Source: an uncultured Marinoscillum sp. (GTDB taxonomy: Bacteria; Bacteroidota; Bacteroidia; Cytophagales; MED-G16). From it: a stretch of 64,000 nucleotides of DNA. The stretch is taken from assembly GCA_902633975.1 (NCBI GenBank), contig CACPHX010000003.1:15373-79372 (forward strand), written 5' to 3'. A program made the position numbers and the translations under genes. Under the pieces are notes generated by a model that was given only the letters and a program-made list of their open reading frames with translations, was not told the DNA's origin and searched no databases. Below are positions 19,512 through 28,225 of the stretch, one piece after another. Position 1 is the first letter of the stretch; each line of letters opens with the position of its first letter.

Positions 19512-20963
19512 TTAACTCATCCAATTTTTTTTTGCTCCTTTATTCCATTTGGTAGTTCTCTTTTTCAGTTGGGTCCAAAAGTTTATAGAACTTTTACCTG
19601 TTATATCTCCAACTCCAAACCTTGAATCATTCCATCCACCAAATGAGAATGGTTCTCTTGGTACTGGAACTCCAATATTAACCCCAATCATTCCTGCACA
19701 AACTTTTTCAGAAACATAGTCTGCCAGTTTTCCATCTTGTGTATAAACTGATGATGCATTTCCGAAGTTTGATCTGTTTTCTATTTTGATGGCTTCGTCA
19801 ATGTCATTAGTTCTCATTATTGCTAAAACAGGACCAAAAACTTCTTCTTTAGCAATTTTCATATCTGGAGTTACATTATCAATTATAGTTGGACCAATAA
19901 AATAACCTTTCTCTTTCCCTTTAACTTTAACGTTTCTTCCATCTAAAAGTATTTTTGCCCCATTTTTCTCAGCTTCGTCAATATACTTTTTTATTCTTAG
20001 TTGAGCATTTTTTGATATCACTGATCCTAAATTTTTACCAGGTATCATCTTTTTTGCTTTCATAACTAGTTTATCAATAACCTCTTGAATTTCACCAACT
20101 CCAACCATTGCTGATGCTGCCATACACCTCTGTCCAGAACATCCTGACATAGAGGCAAGAATATCATCAGATGCCATTTCTTTGTCTGCATCCTGTAAGA
20201 CAATTAAATGATTTTTAGCTCCACCTAATGCAATACACCTTTTTAAATTTTGAGTTGACATCTGATAAACAATTTTTGCAATTTTAGTTGAACCAACAAA
20301 TGAAACTGCTGATATGTCATCATTCTCACATATCGCTTTAACAATTTTTTTGTCTCCGTTTATTACATTAAAAACACCATCAGGTAAACCAGATAATTTT
20401 AATAACTCTGCAATTTTAGATACCCCAATAGGTGTTTGTTCAGAGGGTTTAAATACCATACAATTTCCTAAAATTAAAGCATTTGGTATTGTCCACATTG
20501 GCACCATAATAGGGAAATTAAATGGAGCTATCGATGCTACTATTCCAATTGATTCATGAGATGATCTGCATTCGACACCTTTACTGACTTCTTGTATTTC
20601 ATCACTTATTATTTGGGGCATAGAACAAGCAAATTCTGTAAGTTCAATTCCTTTTAATACCTCAGCTCTAGCTTCATTCAATATTTTTCCATTTTCTTCA
20701 ACAATTAATTCTGAGAGAGAATCTAAGTTTTTAATTAGTTGATTTCTGAACTCATAAAAAATTTCAGCCCTTTGTTTTAGTGTAAAATTAGACCAGGTTT
20801 TGTATGATGAGAGAGCACATTTAATAGCTAATTTTAAATCATTATTTGTTGAGTTAACGACATCACCTATTATGTTTCCTTTTTGAGGATTATATATAGG
20901 AATAGTATCATTTTCTGAATTTTGAAATTTTCCTCCAATAAAATTTTCTATTTTTTTATTCAT
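19512..20963 (-). CDS. mmsA: CoA-acylating methylmalonate/malonate-semialdehyde dehydrogenase
   Basis: ALDH fold with the MMSDH hallmarks LGGAKNH, catalytic-Cys box GQRCMA and C-terminal GVNIGVPVPREPFSFGGW. Confidence 0.85.
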   Translation of the reverse strand: MNKKIENFIGGKFQNSENDTIPIYNPQKGNIIGDVVNSTNNDLKLAIKCALSSYKTWSNFTLKQRAEIFYEFRNQLIKNLDSLSELIVEENGKILNEARAEVLKGIELTEFACSMPQIISDEIQEVSKGVECRSSHESIGIVASIAPFNFPIMVPMWTIPNALILGNCMVFKPSEQTPIGVSKIAELLKLSGLPDGVFNVINGDKKIVKAICENDDISAVSFVGSTKIAKIVYQMSTQNLKRCIALGGAKNHLIVLQDADKEMASDDILASMSGCSGQRCMAASAMVGVGEIQEVIDKLVMKAKKMIPGKNLGSVISKNAQLRIKKYIDEAEKNGAKILLDGRNVKVKGKEKGYFIGPTIIDNVTPDMKIAKEEVFGPVLAIMRTNDIDEAIKIENRSNFGNASSVYTQDGKLADYVSEKVCAGMIGVNIGVPVPREPFSFGGWNDSRFGVGDITGKSSINFWTQLKKRTTKWNKGAKKNWMS

Positions 20964-22128
20964 TTAACCTATTGTATTTTTTTAAGATATCTTTTAATCT
21001 ATCATGAGGCAACTTATAAACTGTATTATTATTTATGCCTGTCATTGTCTCAGCTGATATTAATGCATTGATTATAGCTTCTTCTGTTGCCTGACCAGTT
21101 GCATTTAAAAATGGATTCATAAGATCATTTGGTAAAAAATTAATATTTCCTATTTCTTCTCTATTAAATGCCCCTGGATTTGCTGTAGAGAAAGTGATAA
21201 AAATATCTCCCGAACCGTTTGAGCCAAAACCCCCAACTCGTGAAATACCAACTGGAACTCTTCTTGCCAATCTTTTCAATTGGTTAGGAAGAAAAGGTGC
21301 ATCTGTTGCCACTATAACTATGATTGATCCTAGACCTTCTTGTTTCTCACCAAAAGTAATTTTTGGTAGTAAATTTTTAATTTCTTTACCTATAGGTACT
21401 CCTGCAATAGTTAATTGATTTCTATTTCCATAGTTTGCTTGAACTAATACTCCTAGTGTATACTCTTTTTCCTTTAATACTATTTTTCTTGATGATGTAC
21501 CAATACCTCCTTTAAATCCATGACAAGTCATACCTGTTCCACCTCCGACATTTCCCTCACTTACAATTCCACCTTTTGCATTATTAAGTGCATTAAAAGC
21601 ATGTTCTTTTTTAACATGAAAACCATTGATATCATTTAGTGATCCATCATACGTCTCAGCTACTACAGGTAGTGTCCAGAACAGATCCTTAATATTATAA
21701 AGTGTTTTAAAAAATTTGTTTTTATAACTCCATTCTATAACTGCATCCCTAACTACACCTACACTATGAGTATTTGTTATCATTATTGGACCTTCTAGGA
21801 ATCCAGATTCTTCTACCCAAGTGGTACCAGTCATTTCACCGTTTCCATTTAAAGAGTACCATCCAGCAAATACTGGATCATAATTCATTCCTCTTGGTAA
21901 TATTGATGTCACACCAGTCCTAACTGGACCTTTACCTACAATCAAATTTCCGTCTCCTTCTATTATAGTCTCATGTCCTACAAGAATTCCTTTAACATCA
22001 GTAATAGAGTTATATTTTCCTGGATTTCCATCAAATGGTATCCCTAAATCTCTAGCTCTAATTTTATCTTGGGAATAAGTTTCGATACTAAATATTGATA
22101 GAATTAAGATTGTTGTATAAATTCTCAT
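20956..22128 (-). CDS. Exported S58 (DmpA/BapA, P1 family) aminopeptidase
   Basis: Signal peptide. GGGTGMTCHGFKGGIGTSS. A putative self-processing site and nucleophile in GLGS-IIVIVATDAPF. Confidence 0.8.
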   Translation of the reverse strand: MRIYTTILILSIFSIETYSQDKIRARDLGIPFDGNPGKYNSITDVKGILVGHETIIEGDGNLIVGKGPVRTGVTSILPRGMNYDPVFAGWYSLNGNGEMTGTTWVEESGFLEGPIMITNTHSVGVVRDAVIEWSYKNKFFKTLYNIKDLFWTLPVVAETYDGSLNDINGFHVKKEHAFNALNNAKGGIVSEGNVGGGTGMTCHGFKGGIGTSSRKIVLKEKEYTLGVLVQANYGNRNQLTIAGVPIGKEIKNLLPKITFGEKQEGLGSIIVIVATDAPFLPNQLKRLARRVPVGISRVGGFGSNGSGDIFITFSTANPGAFNREEIGNINFLPNDLMNPFLNATGQATEEAIINALISAETMTGINNNTVYKLPHDRLKDILKKYNRLNE

Positions 22129-22192
22129 TTTATTGATAACTTAAATATATATAAATCAATAAATAATATTTTATCAAATTATATATTAAATT

Positions 22193-22825
22193 TTGAGTGA
22201 AAGGATAGAGTCAAATTTTGAGAAAAAGTTAAACTATCAAACACATGGAATTGGTTTTTTACTTAGTCTTACAGGCATTTTTTTTTTAGTTAATAAGTCT
22301 CTTATTAACCCTTCTGATGAGAAATTATTTTCATCTATTATTTATGGATTTTCTCTCATTTTCATGTTTGGTTCATCAACGATTTATCATTATTTAATCG
22401 ACACAAAATATTCTAATGTACTTCAAAAACTTGATCATGTTAGTATATATTTTTTGATAGCAGGTTCTTACACGCCACCAATTATTATTAGATTAAATAC
22501 TCAGGTAGGGGAAAATATACTTTTGATAATCTGGTTTATGGCTATCATAGGAACTGTACATAAAGTATTTTTCTTTAATTCATACAAAAATTTTTCATTA
22601 GTATTTTATTTGGTTATGGGGTGGCTAATAGTTATTGAATTTAAAAATATCCTAATTTATTTCTCGGAGTATCAGGTAAATCTGATGGTTTTGGGTGGTC
22701 TATTATATACTTTTGGTGCTTTTTTTTATTCTTTTAATAACCTTAAATACAATCACGTTATTTGGCATATTCTTGTACTTCTCGCATCGGCCTCACACTT
22801 CCTATTAATGATGTCTATTGTCTAG
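22193..22825 (+). CDS. Hemolysin III / PAQR family membrane protein
   Basis: Seven TM segments. Motifs STIYH, LDHVSIYFLIAGSYTP and HVIWHILVL. TTG start. Confidence 0.8.
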   Translation: MSERIESNFEKKLNYQTHGIGFLLSLTGIFFLVNKSLINPSDEKLFSSIIYGFSLIFMFGSSTIYHYLIDTKYSNVLQKLDHVSIYFLIAGSYTPPIIIRLNTQVGENILLIIWFMAIIGTVHKVFFFNSYKNFSLVFYLVMGWLIVIEFKNILIYFSEYQVNLMVLGGLLYTFGAFFYSFNNLKYNHVIWHILVLLASASHFLLMMSIV

Positions 22826-23220
22826 TCTCCTCTAATAAAGTAAACACTGTTTCGGTTTGCATCATATTTTCTATTCATCATATCATTGTAAACTTGATTA
22901 GATTCAATTTTAAGAGTGTCTCCATTTATGCTTAATAAACTTTCAATATTTTCCCTGTATTTATAAAAAATTTGAATTTTATCTCCATCTAATTTAAAGT
23001 CATAAAATCTTTTTTCACCATTTTTGAATGTCATTTCAATATAATTCCACTCATTAATGTACATTTTTTTATCTCCAAAAAACCTGCAATGTGAAACTTG
23101 AAATCCAAGAGCGTCATTTTCAATACATACTCTCTCCCAATTACCAACAAGATCATCTAAAGGAATCTCATCTTTAACACTTACGATTGATAGTAATAAA
23201 ATTATGAGATTTGAGATCAA
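22822..23220 (-). CDS. Hypothetical small exported protein (lipocalin-like GNW motif)
   Basis: N-terminal hydrophobic signal followed by LVGNWERV. No family recognised. Confidence 0.45.
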   Translation of the reverse strand: MISNLIILLLSIVSVKDEIPLDDLVGNWERVCIENDALGFQVSHCRFFGDKKMYINEWNYIEMTFKNGEKRFYDFKLDGDKIQIFYKYRENIESLLSINGDTLKIESNQVYNDMMNRKYDANRNSVYFIRGD

Positions 23221-23981
23221 CTAATTGTGGTTTTTTTATAGTTATCAATTCTTATAAAATTAATATCATTATTTGATTCAATTTTATCGTAGTCAGCGTA
23301 TTTTATTTTTGCTAAAGCAGAAACTAATCCTTTCGCCTTCTTTTCCTCGTCATGAGTATTTATAGTTTTCTCTGGAGAAAGTTGTTTATAAAGTTCGTAT
23401 ACATTTTCCATGCCAGGATTTACGTCTCCACCCATAATTTTTGGTATTTTAAAATGAGTAAAAGTTGTAATTAGTAAACTTATATTTATGTCTTTAATAA
23501 GTTCTAATTGTTCATCATTTAATACAAAACCGTGGGGCGCATAAAATATTGCCTCATTTTTATTATTTATTATCACAACAGCAAAATAAATTGGATCAAG
23601 AATCTTATCTGGCCTTAAAGAAATGAATTTAAGTTTCTCAAATGAGGTTTTTTTATTTTCTTGCATTAAAGTTATGGCTCTATTTGGGAACTGTTTTAAT
23701 ATTTTTTTATATGCTAATTCTGTCGCTATTATTGGCTTTTTATCTGAAATTTTTTTTAAAGTTTCAATGTGGCAGTGATCCTCATAATTTTGGGATATCA
23801 TTAAAAATTTAAATTCTGGTAAATCCTCAATCTTAACAGGATCTTTAATATGCCATGCTTCGTTTAGCCATTTAAAACCATCAATCTCTGATCCTACTAA
23901 CCACGGATCTACAATAAAATTCACTGAATTAAAATCTATAGACCATGAAGAATCAAGATTAAGTCTTTTTACTGATAGCAT
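23217..23981 (-). CDS. MBL-fold metallo-hydrolase superfamily protein (UlaG/COG2220-like, degenerate metal motif)
   Basis: FIVDPWL and SQNYEDHCH in place of HxHxDH, then YAPHGF. Size 254 aa. Confidence 0.55.
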   Translation of the reverse strand: MLSVKRLNLDSSWSIDFNSVNFIVDPWLVGSEIDGFKWLNEAWHIKDPVKIEDLPEFKFLMISQNYEDHCHIETLKKISDKKPIIATELAYKKILKQFPNRAITLMQENKKTSFEKLKFISLRPDKILDPIYFAVVIINNKNEAIFYAPHGFVLNDEQLELIKDINISLLITTFTHFKIPKIMGGDVNPGMENVYELYKQLSPEKTINTHDEEKKAKGLVSALAKIKYADYDKIESNNDINFIRIDNYKKTTIS

Positions 23982-24010
23982 AATGATATAATATTCACTA
24001 AATTATTGAC

Positions 24011-24661
24011 ATGATTAGTTCAAAAATAAAGTTTTATTTAGTAATACCTTTATTTTTTTTTCAATTTAAAGGATATACGGATAAAATTAAGTTGGGATTA
24101 AATACAGGATTTAATTTTTCCACCATCGTCAACTCAAATACTTCAGACCAATTCAATAATGGAAGGGGCTTTCTACCAGGGTTAGCATTTGGATTAAATA
24201 CAGAGTATTTAATTAGAGATGATTACAGCCTATTATTTGAGATAAATTATTCAACAAAAGGTTTTACAATTAATCAAACTGGAGTAAGAGTAAAATCTTT
24301 CTATAAATACTTTGAAATACCTTTTAGACTGAAATATTATTCCTCTCAACAATTTGCGATAGAAGTAGGTCCTTATATAGGAATTGCTTTTAAAGAATAT
24401 TTAAAAAACAACATCACTAAGTCTAAGCTTTATGGAAAAATAGGTAATAACCATGATGATAAGTTAAAGCCTTTAGACATTGGCGCTCAAGGTGGAGTTT
24501 CTTACAACCAAAATAGTTTTTGTTTAGGTATATATGTCTCTTACGGAATAGTAAATATTAGACCGGCTGGTGGATTTGGAAGTTCAGTTAGAAATTTATC
24601 TACTCAGGTGCGTTTTAATTACATTTTCTCTAAATTAGAATCAAATGAAAAGAGTTTTTAG
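24011..24661 (+). CDS. Outer-membrane beta-barrel (porin family, OMP_b-brl_2-like) protein
   Basis: Signal peptide. Alternating amphipathic beta-strand pattern. C-terminal aromatic strand RFNYIF. Confidence 0.6.
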   Translation: MISSKIKFYLVIPLFFFQFKGYTDKIKLGLNTGFNFSTIVNSNTSDQFNNGRGFLPGLAFGLNTEYLIRDDYSLLFEINYSTKGFTINQTGVRVKSFYKYFEIPFRLKYYSSQQFAIEVGPYIGIAFKEYLKNNITKSKLYGKIGNNHDDKLKPLDIGAQGGVSYNQNSFCLGIYVSYGIVNIRPAGGFGSSVRNLSTQVRFNYIFSKLESNEKSF

Positions 24662-24827
24662 AGATAGTTTTAATGGAATTTTAGGAGGAGTGTGTTCAGG
24701 TTTTGGTGAATATTTTGAAATTGATCCTGTAATTTTTAGACTATTATTTATTGCCTTTTTCTTTGTGTTTGGCGGGGGAATATTTATTTATCTAATTGCA
24801 TGGTTGATTATACCTGATAGATATTAA
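24645..24827 (+). CDS. PspC domain membrane protein
   Basis: LGGVCSGFGEYFEIDPVIFRLLFI followed by one TM segment. Confidence 0.75.
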   Translation: MKRVFRDSFNGILGGVCSGFGEYFEIDPVIFRLLFIAFFFVFGGGIFIYLIAWLIIPDRY

Positions 24828-26359
24828 TCAATTTTTTCTAGAAGAAGGTAAACCATGCCTAATGTTCCATCAATAAAATTACCTACTCTGATATTTTCAT
24901 TAGGGCTGTGCTGATTATTATCTTTATTTACTGAGGGATATGTTAAGGCTGGAACATTTAATGTTGTCACAAATGGAGAAATAGGTATTGAACCACCTGA
25001 TGTTCTTTTCTTTATAGGATCTTCATTAAATGCTTTTTTCAACGCTTTGGATGCCCAATTTCCAATAGGTGAATTAATCTCAGTCCTGTACGCTAGGTAA
25101 CTTACTTTTGAGTCAAACCTAATTATATTTTTTTTGGTTAGCCTTTCTACATCTGATGGATCTCTATTTTCAATAACATATGCACCTTCTTTGATTATAT
25201 GATTCTTTATTAAGTTTAATAGCCTCTCTGGGTTACTTTCTTTTACAAGCCTTACATCAATTTCAGCAATTGCCATGTCTGGAACTATTGTTCTAACCTC
25301 TTTTCTGACCCATCCTGATTGTAAGCCCCTAACATTTAAAGACGGATATTGTATTGCTTCTTGATAATTTTCTCCGACTTTATCAGCTGATGCTACCATA
25401 AGTTCTTTTTTTATTTGATCCTCATCGTCTGGAACTGCATCCATTATTAATTTAATTTCATCGCTGAAGGTGACTCCATCATAGAATCCAGGAATTACAA
25501 CTCTACCTTCATAATCCTTCATAGACGAAAGAATTTTTGATAAGTTCATTGCTGGATTTGGTGCATAATTACCAAAGTGTCCACTATGTTGTGGTTTAAT
25601 TGGTCCATATGATGTTAATGTGATTCTACTAATACCTCTTGCTCCAAATGTTAAAGTTGGTTTATTTGAAGGGTGTCTTGGTCCGTCAATTATCAAAAGA
25701 AAATCAGACTTAAGTTTTTCTTTATGTAAAGATACCGCACTAACAACTGTTGGTGAACCCATTTCCTCCTGAAAATCAATGATCAATTTTATATTGAATT
25801 TAGGTTCCTTATTTAGCTTTTCAAGAACCTCTAATGCATTAACCAACATCATAGGAGGTCCTTTATCATCACTAGTTGATCTACCAAAAATTCTCCAATT
25901 TGGATTTGGATTGTTTTTGATTTTATCTCTTTCTATTTCTACCCATTTACCATCAATGTTCTCTGAAAGTATCGGAATAAATGGGTTCTCTTGGTTCCAC
26001 TTACTTGGATCAACGGGTTGACCATCCATATGAAAGTAAATCAAAACAGTTTTGTAGTTTTTCGAGATAAACCTATTTGCAATTAATAGCGGATGATTTG
26101 GCATCATAGGGCTAGTACTTTTGGCCATTACCCTTTCAACATCAAAACCAAGTTCTGTGAATGTTTCCTCACACCATATTATATTTTTTTCAATATTTGG
26201 AGTGTCATACCCATCATTAGGTATTGATAGCATTTCAAAAAACCTATCCCAATTATTCTGAATGGTAGAATAAGTTATTTTTTTAATCTTTTCATCACTT
26301 TGTGATAAAAGTAAATTTGGTATTAGAAGGCATCCAATTAAAAATAATTTATTCATCAT
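24824..26359 (-). CDS. Exported M20 family dipeptidase
   Basis: Signal peptide. HMDGQP, RSTSDDKGP and FQEEMGSP metal/catalytic motifs. C-terminal HSPNENI. Confidence 0.8.
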   Translation of the reverse strand: MMNKLFLIGCLLIPNLLLSQSDEKIKKITYSTIQNNWDRFFEMLSIPNDGYDTPNIEKNIIWCEETFTELGFDVERVMAKSTSPMMPNHPLLIANRFISKNYKTVLIYFHMDGQPVDPSKWNQENPFIPILSENIDGKWVEIERDKIKNNPNPNWRIFGRSTSDDKGPPMMLVNALEVLEKLNKEPKFNIKLIIDFQEEMGSPTVVSAVSLHKEKLKSDFLLIIDGPRHPSNKPTLTFGARGISRITLTSYGPIKPQHSGHFGNYAPNPAMNLSKILSSMKDYEGRVVIPGFYDGVTFSDEIKLIMDAVPDDEDQIKKELMVASADKVGENYQEAIQYPSLNVRGLQSGWVRKEVRTIVPDMAIAEIDVRLVKESNPERLLNLIKNHIIKEGAYVIENRDPSDVERLTKKNIIRFDSKVSYLAYRTEINSPIGNWASKALKKAFNEDPIKKRTSGGSIPISPFVTTLNVPALTYPSVNKDNNQHSPNENIRVGNFIDGTLGMVYLLLEKID

Positions 26360-26471
26360 CTATTTTTTTTGATCTCTTATAAATTTTTCCAGAGGGTTTA
26401 ATTTTTGTTGTATTTTTTCTCCTTGCTATCTGAGCTAATTGACCTTTTGATTGTTCCTTTTTATTTTTCAC

Positions 26472-26798
26472 TTAAAGAGCTAATTTTTTTCTTACATATT
26501 GATTCCTTATGGATTTACCATCCTCAAAATATTGAATTGTTAATGTATCAGCATTAATATAGAATGAACTCTCTATTGAGCTTCCATTTTCAAGCTCCAT
26601 CTCAATAAAATTTTCATTTTTTTTGTATCTATAATTCTTTATTTGATTTTCAGTTATTTCTTTTAATGATCCATTTTCATTAAAAATAAGATATTTTTTT
26701 TGATCAGGATCAGTCGATTCCCAAAATCCAGAGAGTTTTCTTTCTGTATTAATGTTAAATAAGATTAACATTAAAATTGAGATTAGGAATTTTATCAT
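26472..26798 (-). CDS. Hypothetical small exported protein (lipocalin-like)
   Basis: Signal peptide plus LSGFWEST. No family recognised. Confidence 0.45.
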   Translation of the reverse strand: MIKFLISILMLILFNINTERKLSGFWESTDPDQKKYLIFNENGSLKEITENQIKNYRYKKNENFIEMELENGSSIESSFYINADTLTIQYFEDGKSIRNQYVRKKLAL

Positions 26799-26923
26799 AA
26801 GTATAAATTAATATATAAAATATAATTTTATTTAAAGATATCAACATAGTTATATTTTATCTATTTTTAGTTTTAATAATTAATTAATATTTAGTTAAAA
26901 AATTCAAAACAACTTATTTAAAC

Positions 26924-27169
26924 ATGAAAAATTTTTTAAGAACAAGAGGTTATTTTAATTTTCAGAATCTAACATTTTTGGGTCTAATCATTTTATCATA
27001 TCAAAATTATGAGACAAGAAATAAATTAAATGATATAGTTTCAAGAATAGAGTATAATACATTCGAACTAGAAGAGATTAAAAAAGAAACTAGAGAAGCA
27101 ACCAAATATGCTAAATCAGCAAATACGATGGCTTTTTCTATTTTTACATCAATTGAAGAAAAAAAGTGA
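26924..27169 (+). CDS. Hypothetical small membrane-anchored coiled-coil protein
   Basis: One TM segment (LTFLGLIILSY) followed by a charged helical tail. The stop overlaps the next ORF (GTGA). Confidence 0.4.
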   Translation: MKNFLRTRGYFNFQNLTFLGLIILSYQNYETRNKLNDIVSRIEYNTFELEEIKKETREATKYAKSANTMAFSIFTSIEEKK

Positions 27170-27180
27170 ATTTTTTGTAT

Positions 27181-27513
27181 ATGAGATTTATAACTTTGAT
27201 CTTTTTTCTATTTATATGTAATAATTCTTTTAGTCAAAAAATTTACTCAACAAAATATAAGTCCCAAGCTGACATTAATGTTTTTGTCACGCAATTTAAA
27301 TCACAAGCCGATTTGTTAGTTTATAAGGTTGAATATATTTCTCAAGCAAAACAAAATGTTGGTTTATGGTTTTTTGTTGATAATGAGTCTAGATCAGATA
27401 AGAAAATTTTCTTTTCAGATTATAAATCACAAGCTGACCTAAAGGTTTTTTTTGTGGATTACAAGTCTCAAGCAGGATGGAGAAATAATTCTAAAAAATA
27501 TCTTCTTTACTAA
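27181..27513 (+). CDS. Exported repeat protein with five (Y/F)(K/I)SQA(D/K/G) repeats (possibly DUF6150-like)
   Basis: Signal peptide MRFITLIFFLFICNNSFSQ. Repeats YKSQADINVFV, FKSQADLLVYKV, YISQAKQNV, YKSQADLKVFFV and YKSQAGW. ATG at 27181 preferred over GTG at 27166. Confidence 0.6.
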   Translation: MRFITLIFFLFICNNSFSQKIYSTKYKSQADINVFVTQFKSQADLLVYKVEYISQAKQNVGLWFFVDNESRSDKKIFFSDYKSQADLKVFFVDYKSQAGWRNNSKKYLLY

Positions 27514-28223
27514 TCTTTTATTTCGTACTCTGCATATATTTTAGCTTGATTTAGATTATTACTTATATCACTAATGAGCCTAGAATAGTTATTCACATAA
27601 ATTTCAGCTCTAGTTAACAATCCAAAGAATTCATCTGAAAAATAATACTCTTCATTAAAATTATAATTTGTTAGTTGTTTAACACCATAGATTTCTCCCT
27701 CTAAATTATTTTGATCAATATTAATGCGAAATTTTGAATATACTTGATTAAAAAAGTCAACTGCAAAATTATCTATTAAAACAGAGATTGAAGTATTTCT
27801 GTCATTTTGGTGATTATAAATTTTTAAAAGCAAAAGTTTAAGTTCAGGTTTTTCTATTAATTCAAAACTACCGGTTGAGATGAGTTGATTAAAAATACCT
27901 TCTTGAGCAAAATACGAATACATAATATTAATCTCTGTCAATCTATTTATAACCTCTTTCTCTGATAAATTTTTATTTCTAGATATTATATCTCCTTGTA
28001 ATTCATTAATAATTTTAGATGATCTATTCATCTCTGATTTTATATAATCAAGCTGTTTCTGATCTTCATCAATAGTATTTATTAGATCAGTAATGAGTTT
28101 ATTTTTATTTGAATTTTTCTCTGCTAAGTCTCTTCTACCTTCAATATAAAATGATAATATTATGCTGAATAAGATAACCAAAGATTCTACTGAGTATTTT
28201 TTAATATTATCAATAATACTCAT
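27510..28223 (-). CDS. N-terminally anchored coiled-coil protein, DUF6090-like, paralog B
   Basis: One N-terminal TM segment. Shared block GIFNQLISTGSFELI. Colinear with the adjacent gene over its full length. Confidence 0.6.
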   Translation of the reverse strand: MSIIDNIKKYSVESLVILFSIILSFYIEGRRDLAEKNSNKNKLITDLINTIDEDQKQLDYIKSEMNRSSKIINELQGDIISRNKNLSEKEVINRLTEINIMYSYFAQEGIFNQLISTGSFELIEKPELKLLLLKIYNHQNDRNTSISVLIDNFAVDFFNQVYSKFRINIDQNNLEGEIYGVKQLTNYNFNEEYYFSDEFFGLLTRAEIYVNNYSRLISDISNNLNQAKIYAEYEIKD

Positions 28224-28225
28224 AA

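Noticed and set aside
22193-22825. Hemolysin III family protein as a virulence or toxin gene.
   Set aside because: PAQR/HlyIII proteins are ubiquitous housekeeping membrane proteins. There is no associated secretion or toxin context.
26349-26471. A 40-codon, highly basic ORF on the minus strand (GTG-KNKKEQSKGQLAQIARRKNTTKIKPSGKIYKRSKKIDDE). It fills the spacer between two genes and is in frame with the upstream stop codon.
   Set aside because: It has no ATG start. The Lys-rich translation is what a T-rich spacer gives when read on the other strand. No known small basic protein family (for example ribosomal) was recognised. Stop-codon read-through of the upstream gene is possible but unsupported.
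26799-26923. The longest intergenic spacer (125 nt, extremely AT-rich) as a possible small RNA or regulatory element.
   Set aside because: It is a divergent promoter region with no stable stem-loops and no conserved-looking motif that I could identify. Its low complexity makes structural RNA unlikely.
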